Part shown: positions 27,424 through 35,345 of the stretch, piece after piece
Position numbering within the stretch: position 1 is the first letter of the stretch
Layout: every line of letters begins with the position of its first letter
From: Pseudomonadota bacterium
GTDB taxonomy: Bacteria; Desulfobacterota; WTBG01; CAIYCZ01; CAIRTM01
NCBI GenBank assembly: GCA_024640785.1
Contig: JAHEEI010000001.1
Span: 1-45,713 of the forward strand
Length of the DNA stretch: 45,713 nt
Direction of reading: 5' to 3'
Notes under the pieces: model-generated
What the model was told of the DNA's origin: nothing
The model's input: the letters and a program-made list of their open reading frames with translations, nothing else
Database searches by the model: none
Translations under genes and position numbers: made by a program

Positions 27424-29078
27424 TGATGTTTATGCCCAAAAAGATCAAAACAACAGTCTCTCCAAAAAACATAATATATAACTTGGAATTTGAAGAAGTC
27501 TTAAAAAAAAACGATTTGCTGGATTTTGACAGGGTAATGTCAATTTCTGAAACCAGAATTGTAAAACATGTAATTCCAGAACGAAAGACCGAAACTTTTT
27601 CTTTTGAACAGGAAGGTGAAAAGGTTTGTGCTTACCTGAAAAGACATCCGCCCCTTTCTTTTGGAAAATGTTTTCGGAAAAGGATAAAGTTTGCCTCGAA
27701 AAAAAACGCTTTTGATGAATTTATTAATATCCTGGCCTTTCATCAGGCCGGCCTTCCAACCATGATACCTGTTGCAGCAGGTAAAAGAGTAAGCAAAATT
27801 TTTGGTTCAGAGTCTTTTTTAATAACCAAAGAAATAAAAGGTTGTATAACCCTGGAAACATATGCTGAATCCTGTTTTAAAACAAAAACCTTCACGGAAA
27901 GAAAAGAGCTTATTAAAAAGACTGCTCTGCTTAGCCGAAAAATGCATCAGAGCGGTTTTAACCACAAAGATTTTTATCTCTGTCACCTTCTTATCGGAAT
28001 CGAAGAAAACAACAAAGACGATCTGTTTATCGTTGATTTGCACCGGGTGGACATAAGAAAAAAAGTACCTGAGCGCTGGAAAATAAAAGATCTTGCGGCA
28101 TTAAACTATTCTGCTGAATCGAAAAATATCACCAGAATAGACCGGCTGCGCTTCTTAAAGTATTATCTCTCAGTCAACAAAATATCAGAACAGGACAAGC
28201 TGTTTATTTTAAAGATCATAAAAAAAACCAACAGAATGGTAAAACATGCGAAACGCTGTTTTCGCGAAAATCAATATTTTACTGTGGTAAAAAACAGAGA
28301 TTTAAAAGGATATGCCACGCTTCCTCTTAACCGTGACGTCCTGAGGCTGATGGAAAATCCTGATAAACTTTTTTCAGATCTCGCTTCCAGGATACTTAAA
28401 GAAATGAGTTCGGCATCCTCGCTTCTTTTTCCTTCATTAGCAGGATCGCCTGGAATTTATTTAAAAAGATATAATGTCAAAAGTATTTTTGATGTTATAA
28501 AAAATATCTTCAGACCTTCTCGTGGGAAGAAAACCTGGCTTGCTTCAAATATCTTGAAAGCCAGGGGAATTCCGACTCCGGAACCGATTCTTTTTATGGA
28601 AAGAAAAAAGTCTTTTTTTGTTTTTGAAAGCTATATCGTAACCGAGCCTTTATTTGAAGCAGAACCTTTAAACTTTTTTATGGATTCGAGTTTCAACCGT
28701 ATGTCAAAAAAAGATAAACTAAAATTTATTAAAGAAGTTGCCATTCAGGTAAAACAGCTCCATGACTGCGGGATCATGCACCGTGACTTGAAAGCAACCA
28801 ACATTCTTGTAAATGCTGGAGACAAAGTAAAAATCTATTTCACTGATCTTGATGCCATAAAGGTGTCAGACTCTCTTTTGTCAGCTGAAAGAGCAAAAGA
28901 TCTGGCGAGGCTCAACTGCTCGTTTCTTGACACAGCTTTTTTGCCAAGGGGTTATAGACTGTATTTTTTAAAATCATATCTTATGCAGGTTAAAAGAAAA
29001 GAACTTAAAAAATATTGGGATTCTGTTATTCACTTTACTGAACTAAAACTTAAAAAATCAAAAAGAGAATTTAATTAG
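27423..29078 (+). CDS. tandem double-domain lipopolysaccharide kinase (WaaP-like N half + Kdo-kinase-like C half)
   Basis: The N half has NHKDFYLCHLLI...FIVDLHR, the WaaP-type HxDxYxxH loop. The C half has IMHRDLKATNILV...YFTDLD. ATG 27423 overlaps the upstream TGA (TGATG); the ORF track starts at TTG 27420. Confidence 0.7.
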   Translation: MMFMPKKIKTTVSPKNIIYNLEFEEVLKKNDLLDFDRVMSISETRIVKHVIPERKTETFSFEQEGEKVCAYLKRHPPLSFGKCFRKRIKFASKKNAFDEFINILAFHQAGLPTMIPVAAGKRVSKIFGSESFLITKEIKGCITLETYAESCFKTKTFTERKELIKKTALLSRKMHQSGFNHKDFYLCHLLIGIEENNKDDLFIVDLHRVDIRKKVPERWKIKDLAALNYSAESKNITRIDRLRFLKYYLSVNKISEQDKLFILKIIKKTNRMVKHAKRCFRENQYFTVVKNRDLKGYATLPLNRDVLRLMENPDKLFSDLASRILKEMSSASSLLFPSLAGSPGIYLKRYNVKSIFDVIKNIFRPSRGKKTWLASNILKARGIPTPEPILFMERKKSFFVFESYIVTEPLFEAEPLNFFMDSSFNRMSKKDKLKFIKEVAIQVKQLHDCGIMHRDLKATNILVNAGDKVKIYFTDLDAIKVSDSLLSAERAKDLARLNCSFLDTAFLPRGYRLYFLKSYLMQVKRKELKKYWDSVIHFTELKLKKSKREFN

Positions 29079-29082
29079 GTTC

Positions 29083-30318
29083 ATGAAGGGATATATAAGC
29101 AAAGAATTTAAGAACCTGAATGTCTTAGTAAGTGAAAATATCATGGCTTTGCTTACTGACAGTCAACTTTGTGACATCGTTTCAGGTCTTTTTAATGAAA
29201 ACCGCGCCGAGCATATATTTAAAAAAACGACTTACAAAACGATATTTAAAGCCGAACTCTGCAATACCCCCTGCTTTGTTAAAAAATACATTAATAATAA
29301 TACAGCAAAGCTGATAAAATCAATTTTCCGCATATCCATGTCTTTAAATGAGTTTACATCTGTAAACTATATTGTGGACAAGGGTATTGCGACACCGCAG
29401 CCGCTTCTTTTTGCGGAACGTAAAAAATTAGGAATTCTCCGTGAAAGTCTGATTGTTCTCTCTTTTTTAGATGGAGCTCAGGATCTTAGAGACTTCCTGT
29501 TTGACAGGGGCTTTGATTCTTTTGCCCAAAAAAAAAGGTTTTTTTATGAATTTGGAAGTCTTACAAAAGAAATATTTGAAAACAGAATATATCAGGATGA
29601 TTATTCAATAAATAATTTTATGATCAGAAATGAAGCGGGCTCTAATAGGATCTATTTTATTGATTTTGAAAGAGTAAAAACCGACACGGAGATATCTGAA
29701 GCTCTAGCTGTAAGACTGTTGGCGAAACTGAACCGTATTGGAAGAATTGTCAGTCTCGCTGACCGGTTGAGGTTTTTAAAAGGTTTTATGAGAGGGAAAA
29801 CAGAAAACCGGAAAAGCCTTAAAGTTCTTGCTTCAAAAATTCAAAGTGAAACTTTAATTATTCTCAAAAGAGATTTTAAACGCGGAAGACTGACCAGCCT
29901 TTATACCTGCAATTCATTTCATCCTATTAGAAAAGGCTCTTTAAAAGGTCTTTATTTAAATGGCTATAATGTAGTTGATGTCGAAAAACTGGCATCGCAA
30001 ACTTCTGACAAACCCTTTCCCTTGCAGGTGTCGTTAAGTTTTAACGGTTATGAAAAAAATCTAAGGGTATTTAAGTTTGACGGGCAATACGCGAACAAAG
30101 TATGGTCTACTCTGAACAACCTTATTGTTGCCGGACTAAAAGCAAGGCTTCCTGACATTCTAGTGCAGGGAAAAGACAGCGGGATTGTGGCCTTTGAAGA
30201 GTCTCCTTTTTGTGGTTTAAAGAAGACACTGTTCTGCGAGATGGAGAAGAATAGTTTTCTAACAGATAACTTTAAAGAAGAACTCGATCTTTTAGCCTGC
30301 TTTTTGGGCTTGGAGTAG
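29083..30318 (+). CDS. Kdo/WaaP-family kinase-like protein with a divergent catalytic loop and a C-terminal extension
   Basis: IYQDDYSINNFMI...YFIDFERV core. The C-terminal ~130 aa (LRVFKFDGQYANKVWSTLNNLIVAGLKARLPDIL...IVAFEE) resembles another N-lobe only. 411 aa. Confidence 0.6.
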   Translation: MKGYISKEFKNLNVLVSENIMALLTDSQLCDIVSGLFNENRAEHIFKKTTYKTIFKAELCNTPCFVKKYINNNTAKLIKSIFRISMSLNEFTSVNYIVDKGIATPQPLLFAERKKLGILRESLIVLSFLDGAQDLRDFLFDRGFDSFAQKKRFFYEFGSLTKEIFENRIYQDDYSINNFMIRNEAGSNRIYFIDFERVKTDTEISEALAVRLLAKLNRIGRIVSLADRLRFLKGFMRGKTENRKSLKVLASKIQSETLIILKRDFKRGRLTSLYTCNSFHPIRKGSLKGLYLNGYNVVDVEKLASQTSDKPFPLQVSLSFNGYEKNLRVFKFDGQYANKVWSTLNNLIVAGLKARLPDILVQGKDSGIVAFEESPFCGLKKTLFCEMEKNSFLTDNFKEELDLLACFLGLE

Positions 30319-30690
30319 TATTCAAGAGTCCTCTGTCCGAGCTTCTTTAACGGTTTTACCCTATGAAACATCTTTACTGGGGATGTGAAAAGGTTAAAAA
30401 AAGTATGCAGCTTCTTCGAAGACAAAATTGTGCCTTGAGGCTTGCAAATAAAAACGGAAAGAAGTATATGTCTGCTGAACCCGTCTCTTAGCTATAGGGC
30501 TGAGTTGTCCAAAACCTTTTAGCGACACACAGGCGGAGAAGTTAAAATTGCTCCGGATAACCTTAACAATTCAGAGGTCCTCAAAAGTCAACATGAGCGA
30601 TAAGGACCTTACCTTTTACTAAACTCCGAAGAACAGGTTAAACTCAAAGGAAACAACTTTAATCTTGCTGTCACCGAGGGCATGTGAGGG

Positions 30691-31362
30691 CTAGGTTTTT
30701 TTTGCTGACACGTCAATAAATATAAAATTGTCACGGTTAACAACATTTCCAAGGGAAATTTCTATAGGTTCTTTAAACATGGGGCCATCAAAAACAAAAC
30801 TATGAAACTCCCCTTTTTCACCACAGGGGTCTACACCCTCAGGAAGGTCTTTTAAGAAGGATTCATTATATTCCTTCCCTATAAATTCTTCTGAAATCTG
30901 TTTTGGATCAACACAGGTAGTTAGCGCTCTCAAACCACTGTTGATCATTTCTCTGGATAACGTATCTGTCGGTGTGCCCCAGAGAGGAAAGATAGGTTTA
31001 ATTCCGGAACCCTTAAGTTTATCTTCTCTATAATTACGCACATCTTCAAGATATAAATCGCCAAAAGCAAAATACTCAATATTGTCTTTTTTTGCTCTTT
31101 CAACAAATTGACCCATTATCTCTCCATATATCTCATCGGTACACGGATAAGGTATTTCGATGATTTCCAGAGGAAGCCCAATACTCGTTGACTGATGCTT
31201 CAAAAGCTCCACTCTTACAGCGTGCATGGCAACACGATTAAACTCTTTATTGACCGTACAAAATAAACCCCTTAAATCAATTTCCGGATCCTGTTGTAAT
31301 TTATATAATGCCCAGGCACTGTCTTTCCCGCTGCTCCAGGACATAAGGGTTTTTCTTTTCAC
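30691..31362 (-). CDS. PP-loop ATP pyrophosphatase, MJ0570/Dph6-related (adenine nucleotide alpha-hydrolase)
   Basis: LMSWSSGKDSAWAL PP-loop (SGGKDS type). GTG 31362 is preferred because AAGGAG lies 10 nt upstream; the ORF track extends to 31446. Confidence 0.65.
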   Translation of the reverse strand: MKRKTLMSWSSGKDSAWALYKLQQDPEIDLRGLFCTVNKEFNRVAMHAVRVELLKHQSTSIGLPLEIIEIPYPCTDEIYGEIMGQFVERAKKDNIEYFAFGDLYLEDVRNYREDKLKGSGIKPIFPLWGTPTDTLSREMINSGLRALTTCVDPKQISEEFIGKEYNESFLKDLPEGVDPCGEKGEFHSFVFDGPMFKEPIEISLGNVVNRDNFIFIDVSAKKT

Positions 31363-31665
31363 GCTTTTTTTTCTCCTTCCCAGACCGAAGATATATTGGA
31401 TAGAAGTAAGAGTTGTTTTAATCACCCTACAATTAACAAAACACAATTGTCAACTGATATAGTAAAAATAAAGCCCTTTAGGCTAATAAGTATAATACGT
31501 AATAAAATATAATTAAATAGATATTAAAAATACTACGTCAAAAGGTTGACAAAGGGTAATTTTTTAATAAAAATGGATCTGTTATCGTAATAGTTAAAAA
31601 AGTTATTTTATAGGTGGGCTATTGTCAGGCGGAAAAGCCTTAGCATCCTTCTAAATAATAGCGGA

Positions 31666-34665
31666 GTGTTAGTTTTGAAAATAAAAAAAATAATTTTTAC
31701 TGCACTGATGGTCTTTACCTTCTCCTTTTTTTGTGAAGCTTCTGAAAAATTACATCCCCTGTACACCCTTGAAATCACATTTGATGTTGAAAATAAGCTG
31801 CTAAGAGGTCTTGCCCGCATTACGTTTCCCGAAGGCTTAACAACCCCTGTTTCTCTTGGGAATCTTTCCCTCATATCCATTGAAATGAACAAAAAGCCTA
31901 TTCCTCTCCCCCCTCAGGAAAAAATTCAGGCACAGGGGGCGCTCGTCATTTCATACGAAGCGCGTTTTAAACAAACCAAAATGGAGGACCCTCACTATAA
32001 CCCCGGCGTTATCACTGAAAACGTCATAAACAAACAGGGAATTTGTCTGACTGAGATCTGGCACCCCATGCTTGAGATCCCTGCAGAATATCACCTGCGA
32101 GCACTGGTCCCTGAGAACTTTACTGCACTTTCTGAAGCGGATAGGACCACAGAAACAAAAGTCCGGGCAGGCATTGAATATACTTTCGACTTTCCCTATC
32201 TTCGTAACAACATAACATTTATAGCTTCAAAATACGAGGTTTCCAAAGAAATATTTAATAACATAGAGGTCTTTGCGTACTTCTTCCCGGAGGATATCTC
32301 CCTTGCAAAAACCTATATTGATCATTCAAAAAAATATCTGGCCATGTACCAGAAGATGTTCGGTCCTTATCCGTATAAACGTTTCTCCGTTGTGGAGAAC
32401 TTTCTTCCCACAGGATATTCACTTCCCACATTTACGCTTCTTGGGCAAACGGTTGTACGTCTTCCCTTCATTGCGACCACATCACTGGGACATGAAATTC
32501 TCCACCAGTGGTTTGGGAACTACGTTTACACAGATTATGAAAACGGAAACTGGAACGAGGGACTCACATCATATCTTTCAGACCATTTGTATGATGAAAA
32601 AAAGGGGGACGGAAGAAAACACAGGAAAAAACTTCTTTTGGACTACAGGAACTATGTCAACACCCAAAATGAAACCCCTCTTGATGCCTTTCATCAGAGA
32701 ACTGGCGCTGCCACAAGAGCCATAGGCTACGGAAAAGGAGCTCTGTTTTTCCATATGCTTAAAAACCAGGTGGGTGAAGAGATATTTTACAAAGCCTTGA
32801 GAAAACTCATAGAGGAAAACAGATTTACCAGGACTTCATGGGATGGTATTCTGAAATCTTTTGAAAGCACTTCAGATGCCGACCTTGAATGGTTCTTTGA
32901 TCAATGGCTTTCCCGGAAGGGACTTCCACAGATAGAAATAACCGATAAACAGGTTTTAATGCTGGGTGAAAAGTATACTGTCTCTTTCAGGGCTATACAG
33001 CATGGCCCGGTATACAAGTTATCTCTCCCTGTCCGGATCACAACCGATAACAAGGATATTACCAAAACATTTACTCTCGAAAAAAAATCTCAGTATTTTG
33101 AGTTCATTGTACCGGAAAACCCCCTCCAGCTGATTATTGACGGAGATTATGATATTTTCAGAAAACTTTCAGAGGATGAATGCCCTCCTGTTATATCCGG
33201 TCTTCTTGGTGATCCTCAACGAAAGGTGGTCTTTTCCGAGAACCAAAAAGAAAAGTCTAAAGACGCGATATCTTTTTTGGAGACCCGGGGTTTTACACCC
33301 GTTAATGAAAAGGATATTAAAGACAGCGATATCGCATCCTCTTCCTTGTTATTACTCGATAGTAAAGGGCCGGTATACAGAAGACTTTTCGGCAGGGCAG
33401 AAACTTTCCCGGATATGGGCGTTTCTTTAAATACATACACAAACCCCCTGAACCATTCAAAAGTCATTACCGTCCTATCCGGAAAAACTGAACAAGGTAT
33501 TAAGGATGTTGTAAAAAAAATGTTTCATTATGGAAAATATTCTCACCTGAGGTTTCAGGATAAAAAGAACGTATTTAAAGAAACCGCTGCCTCAAGTAAC
33601 GGAATAAAAATATCACTCCATACTCCGGTTATGGGGATCAAGTCGGAAAAAACCATAAGTCTTGAAACAATAATAGAAAACATTAAAAAAACTCCGGTTA
33701 TTTATGTGGGCGAGACACATGACCTTTACGAAGACCACAAAGTTCAACTTGATGTCATTCGCATGCTGCATGAAGAAAATCCGAATTTGGCCATAGGCAT
33801 GGAGATGTTTACACAATCAAAACAGCAGGCGCTTGATGATTATCTCTCGGGCACAATAAACGAAAAAGATTTTCTCAAGGCATCCGACTACTTCAAAGAC
33901 TGGAAGTTTAACTATCACCTTTACAGGGAAATTTTATATTTTGCAAAAGAAAAGCAGATTCCTGTTATTGCACTCAATCTCAAGCGCGAACTCATAAAAA
34001 AAGTGGCTAGAAACGGGCTTGATAATCTCACGACAGATGAAAAGAAAAAAATCCCTGGAGACATGGACATGTCTGATATCGAATACAAAAAAAGACTTCA
34101 GAAAACTTTTTCCCGACATGATAAGGCACGGGGAATTAATTTTGAAAACTTTTATCAGTCCCAGATTCTCTGGGATGAAACTATGGCACATTCCATAGAC
34201 AGGTTTCTCAGACAGAATCCGAAACGTCAGATAGTCGTCATTGCAGGGGCCGGACATATTGCTTACGGATCAGGAATTCCCAAAAGAACCTACCGTCTGA
34301 ATGGAAAGGAATATGTGACCCTTTTAAACGCAAAATCGGGTTCTCCCAGAAAGGGTTTTGCTGATTACGTGCTTTTTCCAGAACCCTTATCCACACCCGC
34401 TGCCCCTTTGCTTGGAATTTTCATCACCAAAGAGGATAAAGGCATAATGATTGAAGGATTTTCACCAGGGAGTGTTGCACAAAAAGCAGGAATAAAAAAA
34501 GAGGACTATCTCCTGTCTATTGACGGGATGAAAATTATTGATATTGTTGACCCCAAAATTGCCCTTTTCAGCAAAAAGAAGGAAGAAACCATACCTGTAA
34601 AAATATTAAGAAAACGTTTCATGTTGCCTGACCGGGAAATAACTTTCAAAGTAAAACTCAGATAA
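31666..34665 (+). CDS. secreted fusion protein: M1-family zinc metallopeptidase + ChaN/Tiki-superfamily domain + C-terminal PDZ
   Basis: Signal-like N-terminus. GHEILHQWFGN...NWNEGLTSY gluzincin motif (nt 32491-32560). ChaN-like VIYVGETHD...GMEMF...ILWDETMA...IAGAGH (about nt 33650-34330). PDZ segment IMIEGFSPGSVAQKAGIKKEDYLLSIDG. TTG 31675 is an alternative start, 8 nt after GGAG. Confidence 0.75.
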   Translation: MLVLKIKKIIFTALMVFTFSFFCEASEKLHPLYTLEITFDVENKLLRGLARITFPEGLTTPVSLGNLSLISIEMNKKPIPLPPQEKIQAQGALVISYEARFKQTKMEDPHYNPGVITENVINKQGICLTEIWHPMLEIPAEYHLRALVPENFTALSEADRTTETKVRAGIEYTFDFPYLRNNITFIASKYEVSKEIFNNIEVFAYFFPEDISLAKTYIDHSKKYLAMYQKMFGPYPYKRFSVVENFLPTGYSLPTFTLLGQTVVRLPFIATTSLGHEILHQWFGNYVYTDYENGNWNEGLTSYLSDHLYDEKKGDGRKHRKKLLLDYRNYVNTQNETPLDAFHQRTGAATRAIGYGKGALFFHMLKNQVGEEIFYKALRKLIEENRFTRTSWDGILKSFESTSDADLEWFFDQWLSRKGLPQIEITDKQVLMLGEKYTVSFRAIQHGPVYKLSLPVRITTDNKDITKTFTLEKKSQYFEFIVPENPLQLIIDGDYDIFRKLSEDECPPVISGLLGDPQRKVVFSENQKEKSKDAISFLETRGFTPVNEKDIKDSDIASSSLLLLDSKGPVYRRLFGRAETFPDMGVSLNTYTNPLNHSKVITVLSGKTEQGIKDVVKKMFHYGKYSHLRFQDKKNVFKETAASSNGIKISLHTPVMGIKSEKTISLETIIENIKKTPVIYVGETHDLYEDHKVQLDVIRMLHEENPNLAIGMEMFTQSKQQALDDYLSGTINEKDFLKASDYFKDWKFNYHLYREILYFAKEKQIPVIALNLKRELIKKVARNGLDNLTTDEKKKIPGDMDMSDIEYKKRLQKTFSRHDKARGINFENFYQSQILWDETMAHSIDRFLRQNPKRQIVVIAGAGHIAYGSGIPKRTYRLNGKEYVTLLNAKSGSPRKGFADYVLFPEPLSTPAAPLLGIFITKEDKGIMIEGFSPGSVAQKAGIKKEDYLLSIDGMKIIDIVDPKIALFSKKKEETIPVKILRKRFMLPDREITFKVKLR

Positions 34666-34745
34666 TTTCAGATCTTTTGGATCAGCATTCATCAAAAACT
34701 AAGGTTTTCGATACCTTTAATTGTTGCAATACTAAAAAAAGCTGC

Positions 34746-35213
34746 CTAGTTCCTGAGAGTTGCTTTAAGTCTGTCAGGTTTTTTAAGGAATTCAAAAACA
34801 TCCATTATTGATTTGCAGATGATATCCGAAGCCATCAGGGTGTCGGTGCTGGTGCCTTCATCCTGTATGACGGTAATCCCAATAACTGATTCTTTTAATA
34901 TTAATTTATCGTTTCTGCCGTTTCCGACACACAGAGTGGTTTCTTTACCAAGCTTTATCAGGTGTTCAAGTTTAATTAGGTCCTGATTTTCTTCAGGGAC
35001 TATTATAAGCGTACAGTTTACATCTTTTAACTCGTTATTAACTGATCCGAAAGTATCTGCGGTTATAACATGGAAATCAAAATCAGAGGACAGCTCATTA
35101 ATTGATTTAGCCACGCCTTCAATCAACTGTCCATCAATGGCAATTGTGCCGTTATAATCAAAGATTATATTCTTTATTTTAACTGTTTTTCTGCCGGAGA
35201 TTTTAATTATCAT
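34746..35213 (-). CDS. soluble P-type-ATPase-like HAD superfamily protein
   Basis: IIFDYNGTIA (DKTGT-like motif I) and VGNGRNDKL (GDGxND hinge motif). 155 aa, no TM segments. Confidence 0.6.
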   Translation of the reverse strand: MIIKISGRKTVKIKNIIFDYNGTIAIDGQLIEGVAKSINELSSDFDFHVITADTFGSVNNELKDVNCTLIIVPEENQDLIKLEHLIKLGKETTLCVGNGRNDKLILKESVIGITVIQDEGTSTDTLMASDIICKSIMDVFEFLKKPDRLKATLRN

Positions 35214-35345
35214 ATAAATATGTTACTTGATAAAGTTTTGGAGGGCAATATGTTTTCCGTATTCTGTTATTACAACAATAAGTTAGTTTGGTTCGATTTT
35301 AAAGTCTATTCGTCTTTAATCTTTCTCCCCTTCTAAACAAATCCC

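Noticed and set aside
30319-30690. Known structured RNA (RNase P, tmRNA, SRP, 6S or a riboswitch) in the convergent gap
   Set aside because: I could not find any of the conserved cores I know for these families, such as GGAAAGUCCGG, a tRNA-like CCA end, or the SRP GGAA/AGCA loop. The region is kept only as an unexplained gap in the findings.
32273-32725. 150-aa alternative-frame ORF inside the M1-ChaN-PDZ gene
   Set aside because: It is on the same strand but out of frame, inside a region that encodes the HExxH catalytic motif in the main frame. There is no independent support for it.
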